DNA from: Mobula hypostoma
Lineage: Eukaryota
DNA: 64,000 bases
Assembly: GCF_963921235.1 (NCBI RefSeq)
Contig: NC_086097.1
Coordinates: 13,454,001 to 13,518,000 of the forward strand
Reading direction: 5' to 3'
Part shown: positions 50,611 to 63,205 of the stretch, in pieces
How positions within the stretch are numbered: position 1 is the first letter of the stretch
Layout: every line of letters starts with the position of its first letter
Translations under genes and position numbers: made by a program
The notes under the pieces: model-generated
Seen by the model: the letters and a program-made list of their open reading frames with translations, nothing else
Database searches by the model: none
Told to the model about the DNA's origin: nothing

Positions 50611-52391
50611 TTATTATTATTTAGATAATTATTATTGTTATTTCTTTCTTTTTGTACTTGCGCAGTTTGTTGTCTTTTGCACACCAGCTGAACACTTCAG
50701 TTGGGTGGTCCTTCACTGATTCTGTTATCGCTATTATTCTATATATTTGTTAGGTATGCCCATAAAGAAATGAATCTCAGGATTGTATATGGTGACATAT
50801 ATGTACTTTGATAATAAAATTTACTTTGAACTTTGAGGTAAGGAGAATAGCTGGAAATTTTAAAAAGGCAATGGAAAGGATCATAGTAGAGCAAGAAACA
50901 TGAAATGAAAATAGTCTAAATATGCCCTTCTATCACTTCCCCAGTGCTCCTCCTTCTTTGTTTCTCCCATGGACCACTCCCCTCTCCTATCCGATTCCTT
51001 CTTCTTCAGTCCTTAATAAGATAGAGGAGCAGAATTAGGCCATTTGGCTCATTGAGTCTGCTCTGACATTTCATGATGGCTGATCTATTTCCTTCTCAGC
51101 CCCAATCTCCTGCCTTCTCCTCATATCCCTTTATGCCCTGACTAATCAAGAATCTATTAATCTCCACCTTAAATATACACAATGACTTGGCCTCCACCAG
51201 CACCTGTGGCAACAAATTTCACAGATTCACCACTCGCTGGCTCAAGAAATACCATCTTACCTCTGTTCTAAATGAACGGCCCTTCATTCTGAGGGTGTAT
51301 CTTGTGGTCGTAGACTGCAGCCACCATAGGAAACATCCTCTCCACACCAATCCTATCAAAGCCTGTCAACATTTGATAGGTTTCAGTGAGATCACCTCTC
51401 ATTCTTTTAAAGTCTAGTGAGTACAACTATCACCTTCTAGCTTGCAAACACGAGGAAATCTGCAGATGCTCGAATTTCAAGCAACACACATAAAAGTCCT
51501 TCTAGCTTGTCCTTCTTCCCCTTCCTCCACTTTCTTATTCTTGCTTCTTCCCTCTTCCTTTCCAGTTTTGATGAAGCATCTCAACCTGAAATGTCAACTT
51601 TTTTTTCATTTCCATAGATGCTGCTTGACCTGCTGAGTTCCACCAAAATTTTGTGTGTGTTGATCATTGTGTGTTAAGAAAATGATGGAGCTAGTTTTTG
51701 ATGAAAAGAGAACTCTCATCATGCTGGAAGAGAATGTGACCTGTTGTGTCTTTCTTCATGAAAAGAGAGAATTAAGTTAATGTAGATGAAGAGGAGTTGG
51801 GAAGGGGTAGAGAGAATTGATCATTGGGTAATGCAAACGTAGGGAGAAAAGGAAATGATAAATATCATTCAAAAGGCAGTGCAGTGGTTAGCACAACATT
51901 TTAGTCTACCAGCAATCCGGCTTCAATTCCCACCGCTGTCTGTAAAGAGTTTGCAAGTTAAACCCATAATGTATTGGTTTCCTCCTACAATCCAAAGACC
52001 GACTGGTTGGTAGATTAATTGCTCATTGTAAATTGTCCCGTGATTTGGCTAGGATTACACTGGGGGGGTTGCTGGGCAGCATGGCTTGAAGGTCCGAAAG
52101 GGCCAATTCTGCAGTGTATCTCAATAAATAAACCTGTCTTTCTGCCATCATCAAACTTGGTACCGTCAGTAGTGGTCCTTAGTTTTTTCATAGAGACTGA
52201 TAGAGTCATACAGCATGGACTTTTGGACAACTCATCCATGCTAACCAAGATGTCTGTCTATGCTAATGTATTTGTCCATGTTTGACCCATATTCCTCTAA
52301 GACTTTCCAAAGAATATTGCCCCTGCTATGTATTTAGTATTTCAGTAATTCTGGCTCAAGGGGCCAGAAGGGTCTACTCTGTGCTGTATCT

Positions 52392-52478
52392 CAATCAATC
52401 AATCAACCAATCAATAAATAGAGAAGTAGATAGATAGATAAGTAAATACATACATACATACATACATACACACATACG
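52392..52478. repeat. Compound tetranucleotide microsatellite (TCAA)n/(TAGA)n/(TACA)n
   Basis: Directly visible; follows a SINE tail. Confidence 0.85.
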
Positions 52479-54859
52479 TAAATAGTGAGTAATAATAAGT
52501 GAGTAAACAGTCATCACCCCCATATGGTTAATGTTTAATTTCTGAAGGACTCTACGGTGTGTGGACTCCAGCTACAAAACTTCAATCCACATTCATAATG
52601 AGAGTAGTGCCAGAGGGACTACAAATGATACACCCCATTCCTCAAAAGAGGGGCCACATAATCCAACATTAAATGTGAAAAAATGATGAGTCCATCCTCA
52701 AGGCAAAGTTAATTTTCACTCAAAGGTGTGTTAATAAGGGCTATCCAGTTTGGATTCATTAAGGGAAAATTGCATTTGACAGTTCATTAATGAGGTAAAA
52801 AAAGAGATTGTTGAAGGTAATGTAAATAATGTATATATAGAATTTCAATATTTGAAAAAGCACTTCATTATAGACATATATTCGGAAAATAGAAGATATG
52901 ATTTACAAGGACAGTGGTAACATTACTATTAACCCTGCTTTTGGAAAGGTGCCACAGAGTAGAAGTGAATTAAAATACAGGTAGGAATAGCTATCAGTCT
53001 TAGAACAATTGTTTTGTGATAAAGACTCATACCTGGTATAGTGAGCACAATTTGTGGATAATGCACAGCTAGATGTTGAGCATGATGAGCAAGGTAGGAC
53101 ATAGATAAAATAGTGGGAAAAGCAACCAACAGTTTAATGTGGGAAGTGTGAAGTGATGAAATTTGGAACAGCCAACAAGTGTATTCAGTGCAATATAAAT
53201 TGCGGTCATTTAGTGGATTGGGTGATACATATCACAACTTTTTAAATGACTTAAATAAGTTGTTAACAGAGAGAAACAAAAGTAGGTTCTTTCACTCTTT
53301 ACACCTGCACCACTATTCAATAAGATCACATTAGTGATATGAGTATGCATTGACCCCATAGTCACCATAGCATCCAACAATTCAACCATTTCTACCTTGA
53401 AAATATTTATGGACTGAGTTTCCACAGCCCATTGGGGTAAAGGACTCAAAAGACTTGCAACATGAGATGAAAGTTTGCAGCCATCAGGAGGGAGATATAT
53501 GATGAGGTTCAGAAACCCTTCCACCATCGTGGATAAATTCAGTCATTTCAAAACTGAACTGGTTCCACAACCAATCGACTCACTTTCAAGGACTCTACAA
53601 CTCAAGTTCTCATCATCATCATTATGTGCCATATGACATGGGCGATCATGGTCTTCAATCTTTCTTTAAGCTAGGAAGTTCTAATAAGCTCTTCAAATTG
53701 GCCATTTCTTGATGTAACTCATGCATGTCTTGCGCTGTCGACTGCAACTTTTTCTTCCATCAATTTTTCTTGTCACTGCAAGATTCTTTTGTATTTCTTT
53801 GTTCTACTGTGTAGGTCAGCAAAGGAAATGAATCTCATGGTAGCATATGGTGATATATACTGTACGTACATTGGTAATAAATTTACTTTGAACTTTGCGG
53901 AAGGAAAAGGTGATGGAGTTGTAGTTATCATTAAAATTCTTGCTAAGTTTGATACTGGGCTATTCTACAAGGTCGCTCAACAAACAGTTGAAATGGAAGC
54001 AATCACTACAGAGAATAATAACAATAGAACAGGGTGGACAACACAAGACATAAAAACTACACACACAAACCTAAATGATCATTCAGTACAGTTGTTCAAC
54101 ATCTGGCTACACTCCTGGTCATGGATTTTATGCACCGAATATGCACGTTCTCTGAGGGTCTTGATTCAGGATTTCTACTCAAAAACATTAACAATTCCTA
54201 TTGTACCACCAAAGGCCACTCAGCACATTGAGTTCCTCTGTCAGATTGTTTGTTGTTCCAGATTCCAGCATCTTCAGTCTCTTGAGTCTCCACATTCTCT
54301 GTGTTGAATATACTTAATGGGCGAGCCTTTACAGATTCTTGCCTATAGAATTTCAAAGATTCACTATTCTCTGGGCGAAGAAACTTACTGTCCCAGACAG
54401 TCATGAATAGCTGACTCCTCATTTTTAGACACTGTCTCCATGGCTCTTGATGGGTTGAGGAAACCCACATAATATTTCTGTTTATAAATGGGTATTAAAA
54501 GAAAGAGGCCACACTAAATCTTCAGAAACCTCTGGTTAGATCTCAAATAAATGTCAAATATAATGCCAGGAATCAGGATTTGGGAGTAATGCAAAGACAT
54601 TGGAACTACTTACCACAAAAACAAATATTAAGAATGAAAGAATATGGAGAGGTTGGATAGCTGGCTTCGTTCTTAGAGTTGAAAAGAAGAATAAGGGGGA
54701 TATTTAGAGTTCACAAACTCACAGGGATATTACACCGTAAAAGGAAACTTCCTCAGTTCTACAGCAGCTTACACCAATCCAGTTGTTATAACTCCCCTAG
54801 CCACTCCCCACACTTCTGCGTTGTTCTGCCCCTTTCATGAAGTTCCATTCTAACCACTT

Positions 54860-55405
54860 TTTACAGGAACACCGTTGGGACTGTCCTGACCAGCTGCATC
54901 ACCATCTGGTATGGGAATTGCAAGGCATCTGACCACAAGTCCCTACAAAGGATTGCAAGGACTGCTGAGAGCATGATCGGGGTCTCTGTTCCACCCAACA
55001 GAAATAATTATCAGCAGTACTGTGTACAATCATTGTCAGTGGTTCCCTCCCATGCATCCAACAATCTGTTTCACACTCCTACCATCAGGCAGAAGATACC
55101 GTAGTGTAAAGGCAAGAACTGTTAGGATGGGAAACAGCTTCTTCCTCCAGGCTTTAAAACAACTCCCTGTAACTACCCAGGTCTCATCACATATGAAGCA
55201 CCAGTAGCATTATACTGTTTACTTTTAAACTTGTGTCATAAATGCACCTTATTATTTGTTAATTTATTTGTGGTAATATTACTTTACGTATTTTGACTGT
55301 GTGAGTTATATATACTGTGTTGTACACCTTGGTCTAGAGGTTTTGTTTCATTTGGTTGTATACGTATGTATACTACCATACATGGATAATAAACTGAACT
55401 GGAAT
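54860..55405 (+). mobile_element. Rex1/Babar LINE 3' fragment
   Basis: FYRNTVGTVLTSCITIWYG and LLPSGRRYRSVKART.RMGNSF motifs. Confidence 0.8.
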
Positions 55406-56499
55406 TCATCTAAAGCAGCACACACAAAATGTTGGAGGAACTCAGCAGGTCAGGTGGCTTCAATGGAAATGAATAGATAGTCAATTTTTCGGCCTGAGAA
55501 AGAAGGGTGAAGATGCCAGAATAAAAAGGTGTGCGGAGGGGAAGGAGTCTAGTCAGAAAGTGATAGGTGAAGCCACATGGGTGGGAAAGGTCAAGGACTG
55601 GAGAAGAATTAATCTGATAGGAGTGGAGAGGTGACCATAGGAGAAAAGAAAGCAGGAAGGGACACAAGGGGAAGTAATATGCAGATGAGAAGAGTTAAAA
55701 GTTCAGAGTGGGGGATAGGGAAAGTGGAATGGCGGGGGGAGGGGGGGAACGTTCTTTCTCATGTTTAGAATTTATTCAATCCACTTTTGAATGCCATTTG
55801 TAAATCTGTCAATGTTACTCTCCCCAGGCATTGCAGGCATGCAGATAGAAATATTTTCCTTACTCTTTCCTACTGTGGGCTTCCCCCAGCACATTGGTAG
55901 TCAATGCAAGCGACACAATCACTGTATGTTTTGATGGACATGTGATAAATAAAGCTGAATTTTCATCTTGAATCACTTCATTCATCCTCCCTTAGTTCTT
56001 GACCTTCTACCGATGGGAAGGTTGCCTCTCTATCTGTCGCTTTTGTGATTTTATATATCACTATCTGAACTCCATTCACACTTTTTTGTTTCAAAGAGAA
56101 TAACGACAGTTTCTTAGGTCGTTCCATATGAACAAAGTCCCTCACTCTCAAAAGACATACTTTAGCACTCCAGGGCGTTCAGATCTTACCATAAATGTAC
56201 CACCAAGAACTGGTCACAGTGGACCAGTTGTGGCCAGAGTACTTTTGATAATGGCTCACCATGAGCTTTTTGCTTTATAAAACCCAGGACCTCATATGGC
56301 TTTATAACCTCCTTTTCAAACCACACTGCCACTTTCACTGATTAACAAACAGGATACCCAGATATCTCTCTGTTAATCTATCTTTTTCTGTTGGAATTAT
56401 ATCCCTTAGTTTGTATTGTTTCATCCAGCACATTTCCATCCATTCCCAGGATGGCACAGTCATGTGGTGGTTAACACGAAGCTATAACAACAGTAACTG

Positions 56500-57000
56500 T
56501 TGGGAGGACAAGCCAGGGTAGGTCTTACACAGTGAACAGTAGGGCATTGAAGAGTGTGATAGAGCAAAGAGATCTGGGAATACAGATCCAGAATTCCTTG
56601 AAAACAGCATCACCGGTGGATAGGTTCATAAACAGAGCTTTTGGCACATTGGCTTTCATATTGAGTTTAAGGATTGGAACGTTACACTGAAGTTGTTTGA
56701 GAAGCTGATAAGCCAAATTTGGAATATCATGTGCATTTCTGGTCACCACCTGTAGGAAAGTGTATGGATAAAATTTACAGGGATACTGCTTGGACTTGAG
56801 GGAAAGTTACAGGGAAAGGTAGAAGGGATTAGAGCTTTTTTTTCCTCTGGAGCATAAAAGAATAAAGTGAGATTTGATCGAGGCATACAAAATTACGAGG
56901 GGTATACACGCTGGTATTTTCCACTGAGGTTGGATGAGACTAGAACTATATGGGATGAAGGGCCTGTTTCTTTGCTGAGCTGCCTAATGACTCCATGACT
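56500..57000 (+). mobile_element. Decayed CR1 fragment inserted in a V-SINE
   Basis: YTVNSRALKSVIEQRDLGI motif; SINE head at about 56450 and V-domain at about 57040. Confidence 0.6.
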
Positions 57001-57164
57001 CAATTTGCCACTGCCTGTAAGAGATTTTAGATTCTCCCCATGACTGTGTGGGTTTCCATTGGGTGCTCCGTTTTCCTCCCTCATTTGTAAGGATATCCAG
57101 GTTAATAGGTTAATTGGTCACAGGCTTCCTAGGCCAGAAAGGTCTGTTACCGTGTTGTCTGTCT

Positions 57165-57745
57165 GTCTGAGGTCTCTGTCAGTCAGAGATGACCATGGAT
57201 ATTGTGTTTTCACTGTCTAGATACACAAGCCTGGGCAGTACCGTATGGAGAGCAAGCTGCTGCCCGTGCAGCAAGCTCCCCCTCTCCATGCATCTGATGA
57301 ACCCAAAGGAACGGCAGAAACCGGTACAGTTTGGTACCAGCAAAGACGCAGGAGTTGCCAGTCAGCATTAAACTCAATGAAGGACTGCCAGCTCTGGATT
57401 TTTCCCCGTGGGTTTACTCCCAAAACTTTCCCTGTGAGTGGGTACAGCTGCAAGGCAGTGCAGGTTTGAGATCAGAGTTTTCCTTCTCCTGGATGAACAG
57501 CCAAGCACGGACGATGAGCCTCATCTGCCCGAAGTGACTGGTTTTAAGGTGTCAGTAACCTGCCTTTTCCCCTTCTCCTATCAGTAGAAGCAGTTCTGTC
57601 GGGCTTAGTAGCTAAGCCACACAGGAAGGCCAAGAGCTGGATCTGATTGTCGGAAGCTCTCTGAGGCTCACGCCACTGGGAGTATTTAATAAGTAGTGGG
57701 AGCTTGTGCCCATTACCATCCCCAGATATAACAAGCTGAAAGAAC
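57165..57745 (-). mobile_element. Non-autonomous RTE-related bipartite element
   Basis: Minus strand has RTE-5'UTR-like CAGGAGAAGGAAAACTCTGATCTCAAACC; 3' part is homologous to the SINE tail at 17251-17430. Confidence 0.5.
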
Positions 57746-58655
57746 TATGCTACATCTCTAGATAAATAATAAGTTGCACTAGCTCATCAAACAGATCTTG
57801 AACTGTTACCCTCATCACTGTTCAGTATGTTTCCAAATTTTGTGTCTTCTGCAAATCCAGCTTATATTAATAAAGCCAGTGATGCTATTCAAAGTTAAAA
57901 GTAAATTTATTATCATAGTACATAAATATATATCAAAATATACAACCCTAGATTCATTTTCTTGTGGGCATATTCAATAAATTTATAACAAAATAACTAT
58001 AATACAATCAGTGGAAGACCGCACAACTTGGGCATTCAACCAGTGTGTTGAAGACAACAAACTGTGTAAATTCAAAAAGAAGAAACAACAATAATAAACA
58101 AATAAGTAATAAATATCAAGAACATCATATGAAGAGTTCTTGAAAGTGAGCCCATTGGTTGTGGGAACATTTCAATGATGGGGCAAGTGAAGTTATCTCC
58201 TTTGGTTCAAGAGCCTGTTGGTTGAGGGATTATAACTGTTCCTGAACCTGGAACTGTGAGTCCTAAGGCTCCTGTATTTTCTTCCTTTTTAACAGACTGA
58301 GGGTAACACTGCACACTTACCTTCAGTGTGAAAAACAAATGTACCCGACTCTCTGCCTTGCTGCTTGGTCAATTCTGCACTATAAGCAATGGGCTTCAAA
58401 CTTATTGACGAGCTTGCAATGCATCACGTTATCAACTGCCTATTGAAAGTCAATCCTGAATGGCTTTGATTAAACTAAAAGGGAAAAGTGTGGGTTGGTC
58501 ATCGGAGGTCATTGTTTAAAATAGAACAGAGGAACAGTGAGAAGAAAGTTGTTCAGATGGCAGGCTGCCAAGAAGTGAAACTTAAAGGTGGAAGAAAATT
58601 ATACTAAAACAGAATTTGTAGTTTTGAGCAGTTTTGGGCCCCTTAAAGAAAAGGA

Positions 58656-59303
58656 CAGGAGGAAGGAGAAGATGGCGGCGCGACACAGCGCACGCGGCTG
58701 TTCTGAATGAATATCGATTATGTGTAACTAGGGGCCGTGCACAATCCAGATTTGATAGAGACAGCCGTCAGAAGCGCAGAGGAACATCTAGAGTAACTTC
58801 TGAAATTACTGCTTCACTGCCTCTGCTACTGTGCAAGCGAGAATCTCTGGAGACGAAGGCCCCAAATCCTCAGCTTTGCGTATCTCCTGTTGCCGGGGCC
58901 GGGGTCGAAGCGTTAGGCAGAGATGGTGCTCGGTGCTCGGTGTCGAAGAGGTGGTCGGAGGCTCAGAGTTTTTGGATGGACTTGGAGTCGGACTGTGGTC
59001 GGATGCTTCCAGGATGCTGCATCGGCAAGTTGGCGGCGCTGAAGGTTTACCGTCTGTGTGAGATGATGGGACTTTCGAGAGACCTTGAGACTTTTACTGT
59101 GCCATGGTCTGTTCTTATCAAATTACGGTATTGCTTTGCACTGTTGTTACTATTATGTGATAATTATGTGGTTTTTGTTAGTTTTTAAGTCGATTTGTCA
59201 CGTGTTTTTCGTGATATCATTCTGGAAAAACATTGTATCATTTCTTAATGCATGCATTACTAAATGACAATAAAAGGGGACTGTGTGTCCTCATAATCAT
59301 AAT
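58656..59303 (+). mobile_element. Young CpG-rich non-autonomous retroelement with YY1-type 5' motif and (CATAAT)n tail
   Basis: AAGATGGCGG near the 5' end, AATAAA plus CATAAT repeats at the 3' end, AAAGGA TSD (58650-58655, 59304-59309) splitting a CR1 EQFWAP..KDVL motif. Confidence 0.75.
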
Positions 59304-59315
59304 AAAGGATGTGCT

Positions 59316-59782
59316 GTCATAATCCCACAAAAGGTATTGGATTTGGCCCAGTACATCACAGGTAAAACCCTCCCAACCATTGAGCACATCTATGTGAAAC
59401 ATTGCTGTAGGTAAGTCGCATCCATCATCAGAGATCCTCACCGCCCAGGCCAAGCTACTTTCTCGCTGCTGTCATCGGGTGGAAGGTACAGGGGCCTCAG
59501 GACTCACACCACCAGATTCAAGAAAAATTACCATCTCTCAACCATCAGGCTCTTGAACAAAAGGGGATACCTAGACTTATTTAAGGACTCTTTTATCTTG
59601 TTATTTCAAGCTTGCTAATTATTTCCAATTTCTTATATCTGTTTTTGCACCATTTGTTGTCCATTGATCCTGTTTACTGTTACCATTCTATAGATTTGCT
59701 ATGTATGCCCACAGAAAAAGAATCTCAGGGTTGTATGTGGTGACATGCATGTACTCTGATAATAATTTTTACTTTGAACTTT
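59316..59782 (+). mobile_element. Rex1/Babar LINE 3' fragment
   Basis: AQYITGKTLPTIEHIY..CC..ASII.DPH motif; (TTTGAAC)n tail. Confidence 0.75.
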
Positions 59783-60230
59783 GATGAGGAGCGTTTGATG
59801 ACGCTAGGACTCTACTCAGCGAAATTCAGAAGAATGAGGTGTAACCTCATTGAAGCCTATCGAATGTTGAAAGGGCTCGATAAAATGGATGTGGGGAGGG
59901 TATTTCCTTTGGTGGAGGAGTCTAAGAATACAGCGCACAGCCTCAGGATAGAGGAGCATCCTTTTAGAACGGAGATGAGGTGGAGTGCTTTAGCCAGAGA
60001 GTGATGAATCTGTGGAACTCATTGCCACAGACAGCTGTGAGGCCAAGTTATTGGGTATATTTAAGGCAGGGTTTGAAAGATTCTTGATGAGTCAGGGCAT
60101 GAAGGGATACGGGGAGAAAGCAGGAGATTGGGGCTGAGTGTGAAAACGGATCAGCCATGATGAAATGGTGGAGCAGACTCGATGGGCCAAATGGCCTAAT
60201 TCTGCTCCTATATTTTATGGTCTATGGTCT
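59783..60230 (+). mobile_element. CR1 LINE 3' fragment
   Basis: EERLMTLGLYS..FRRMR..LIEAYRMLKGLD; TATGGTC tail. Confidence 0.85.
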
Positions 60231-60366
60231 AAAATGTTTTCAAATTCAAATCTAAGTTCAAGTTTATTGTTATCTGTCTGTAGATACATACAACTAACCA
60301 AAGTAACATTCCTCTGGACCACAGTGCACCCGCAATACATATAACACACACAACACATAATACACA

Positions 60367-60398
<32 letters not shown>

Positions 60399-61252
60399 CA
60401 CATAAAACAAAATATCAACAAATAAGTTTGTAAACTATAATTCAAAATGCATGTGAAGTGTGCAGCACAAGTAAGCAGTAAACAGCTCATTGTCCCAGTG
60501 ATGCCATCTTGGTTTCGAAGACACATGACTATGAACAGCTGAAGGACTATGGGAAAAAGTCTTGGGTGCGGGATAATAATGGAAAGCTCTTTAAAAGAGC
60601 TCTCAAAGGTGTGTAGAGGTGGCCTTTTTCAATACTGTGAGATTTACTGATGTAGAGAAATGATTGTGGTATAACACCTGCTGGATGATATCTGTGCCAG
60701 GAAATAGGAAATGATATAGATGTGCCCAAATATCTTCATGAGATGTAAAAGGCAGAAAAGGTCGCCTCTGCTGTGAAACAATATCAGAAACACAGACACA
60801 CGAGCAAAATGACACTCAGTTAACCCTTCTCTTTCCACAGTTTCAATCAGTGCACCAAATTTTATTTCATTTATGTGGGCTTAGTGTGGCCACCAGTTTT
60901 ATATTACTGGAGGAGATGCCTCACAGTACCCTGCTGGGTACAGACAAAAAATGATGGAAATTACCCATCGCCTTGCACTGGATTATTGCCAGTTTCACCT
61001 CAGTTTCCCTCCCTCTAAATTTTAAGATCCTTGGTGCCTTCACCTCAGAAGATATATTCTGGGTCCAACATATTAAAACATGAAAACAGAAATCAACAGC
61101 CCTTTGGCCTACAATGTTGGGCCGACCATGTAACCTACTCTAGGAACTGCCGAGAATTTCCCTACTGGAATTAAGGGTTCTGGGGAAGAGCAACATACAT
61201 CAAAGTTGCTGGTGAACGCAGCAGGCCAGGCAGCATCTATAGGAAGAGGCGC

Positions 61253-61288
61253 AGTCGACGTTTCAGGCCGAGACCCTTCGTCAGGACT
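61253..61288 (-). ncRNA. Minimal type-I hammerhead ribozyme motif in PLE terminal repeat
   Basis: Reverse complement AGTCCTGACGAAGGGTCTCGGCCTGAAACGTCGACT is identical to 38759-38794. Confidence 0.72.
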
Positions 61289-61580
61289 AACTGAAGGAAG
61301 AGTGAGTAAGGGATTTGAAAGCTGGAGGGGGAGGGGGAGATGCAAAATGATAGGAGAAGACAGGAGGGGGAGGGATGGAGCCGAGAGCTGGACAGGTGAT
61401 AGGCAAAAGGGGATACGAGAGGATCATAGGACAGGAGGTCCGGGAAGAAAGACGGGGGGGGGTGACCCAGAGGATGGGCAAGAGGTATATTCAGAGGGAC
61501 AGAGGGAGAAAAAGGAGAGTGAGAGAAAGAATGTGTGCATTAAAAAGAGTAACAGATGGGGTACGAGGGGGAGGTGGGGC

Positions 61581-61907
61581 CTAGCGGAAGTTAGAGAAGT
61601 CAATGTTCATGCCATCAGGTTGGAGGCTACCCAGACGGAATATAAGGTGTTGTTCCTCCAACCTGAGTGTGGCTTCATCTTTACAGTAGAGGAGGCCATG
61701 GATAGACATGTCAGAATGGGAATGGGATGTGGAATTAAAATGTGTGGCCACTGGGAGATCCTGCTTTCTCTGGCGGACAGAGCGTAGATGTTCAGCAAAG
61801 CGGTCTCCCAGTCTGCGTCGGGTCTCACCAATATATAAAAGGCCACATCGGGAGCACCGGACGCAGTATATCACCCCAGTCGACTCACAGGTGAAGTGAT
61901 GCCTCAC
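61581..61907 (-). pseudogene. GIY-YIG endonuclease domain of the PLE ORF (intact C-terminal domain of a truncated ORF)
   Basis: VIYCVRCSRCGLLYIGETRRRLGDRFAEH...VATHFN...H...E..LIFRLGSLQPDGMN. Confidence 0.9.
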
Positions 61908-62339
61908 CTGGAAGGACTGTTTGGGGCCCTGAATGGTGGTAAGGGAGGAAGTGTAAGGGCATGTGTAGCACTTGTTCCGCTTACACGGATAAGTGCCAGG
62001 AGGGAGATCAGTGGGGAGGGATGGGGGGGACGAATGGACAAGGGAGTTGTGTAGGGAGCGATCCCTGCGGAATGCAGAGAGAGGCGGGGAGGGAAAGATA
62101 TGCTAGTGGTGGGATCCCGTTGGAGGTGGCGGAAGTTACGGAGAATAATATGTTGGACCCGGAGGCTGGTGGGGTGGTAGGTGAGGACCAGGGGAACCCT
62201 ATTCCTAGTGGGGTGGTGGGAGAGGCAGGTGGGTGGAGATGAGTCCATGGCCAGATCAGCCATAATCTTATTGAAGGATGGAGCAGACTTGATGGGCCAG
62301 ATGGCCTACTCCTGCTCTTATTTTTTATCTTCTTATGTT

Positions 62340-62940
62340 GTTTCAAGAGGACTAGAATATAAAAGCAAGGATGTAACGAAACACTGGCGAGGACTCACTG
62401 GGAGTTTTGTGAGCAGTTTTGGGCCACTTATCTTAGAAAGGATGCACTGAAAGTAGAGTGGGTTAAAAGGAGGATCATGAAAATGATTCCAGGATTGAGT
62501 GGCTTGTCATTTGAAGAGCGTTTGATGGCTCAGGGCCTGTATTCACTAGAATTCAAAAGAATGGGGTGGTGACCTTATTGAAAACTATCAAACCTGATAG
62601 CTTGGACGTGGATGGGATGTTTCCTATGGTGGGAGAGTCTAGGATCAGAAGACAGAGACTCAAAATAGAGGAGCATCCTTTTAGAATGGATATGAGAAGG
62701 TGTTTCTTTAGCCATATAGTGGTGAATTTGTGGAATTCCTTGCCACAAGCAGCTGTGGAGGCCAAGTCTTTATGTATATTTAAGGCAGAGGTTGATAGAT
62801 TCTTGATTGGTCAGGTCATGAAGGGATACGGGGAGAAGGCAGGAGACTGGGGTTGAGAGAGAATTTGGTTCAGCCATGATGAAATTGTGGAGCATCCTCG
62901 GGCCAAATTGTCTAATTCTGCTCCTATATCTTATGGTCTT
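62340..62940 (+). mobile_element. CR1 LINE 3' fragment
   Basis: SRGLEYKSKDV; ORF 62566-62856 MFPMVGESR...VVNLWNSLPQAAVEA; TCTTATGG tail. Confidence 0.85.
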
Positions 62941-62954
62941 ATAGATACATGTTC

Positions 62955-63205
62955 CATAGGCCATTCTGGCACTTTGAGCCGAGCTGCCCAGCAGCCTCTG
63001 GTTTAACTCTAACCTAATTATGGGACAATTGACCAAGACCAATTAACCTCTCAAACAGGTACGTCTTTGGACAGTGGGGGGAAACCAAAGCACCTGGCGG
63101 AAACCCACACAGTCACGGGGAGAACGTATAAACTCCTTACAGATAGACAGAAGTTCAATCTGGGTTGCTGGTACTGTAAAGCGTTGTGTTAACCACTACA
63201 CCCCA
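62955..63205 (-). mobile_element. V-SINE (HE1-like)
   Basis: Reverse complement of the V-domain, GGAAACCAAAGCACCTGGCGGAAACCCACACAGTCACGGGGAGAACGTA. Confidence 0.75.

Larger units (their letters stand above)
61189..62222 (-). mobile_element. Penelope-like retroelement (Neptune-type), 3' fragment with RT thumb, Cys linker, GIY-YIG and terminal repeat
   Basis: NRVPLVLTYHP thumb motif, PCKRNKCYTCP linker, GIY-YIG domain, then terminal repeat with hammerhead motif. Confidence 0.92.

Noticed and set aside
53789..54307. 172-aa ORF
   Set aside because: It runs across a Rex1 tail, a CR1 remnant and a PLE-derived repeat; a chance read-through.
58634..59188. 184-aa GC-rich ORF or CpG island taken as a host gene start
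   Set aside because: It lies within an insertion bounded by a TSD and a tandem-repeat tail, and has no recognisable domain.
60678..60770. Possible 93-nt minus-strand exon with a good acceptor
   Set aside because: Weak donor (CAG|GTGTTA), no recognisable peptide and no partner exon established.
61206..61787. 193-aa purine-rich + strand ORF
   Set aside because: Antisense to the PLE 3' region; low-complexity composition.
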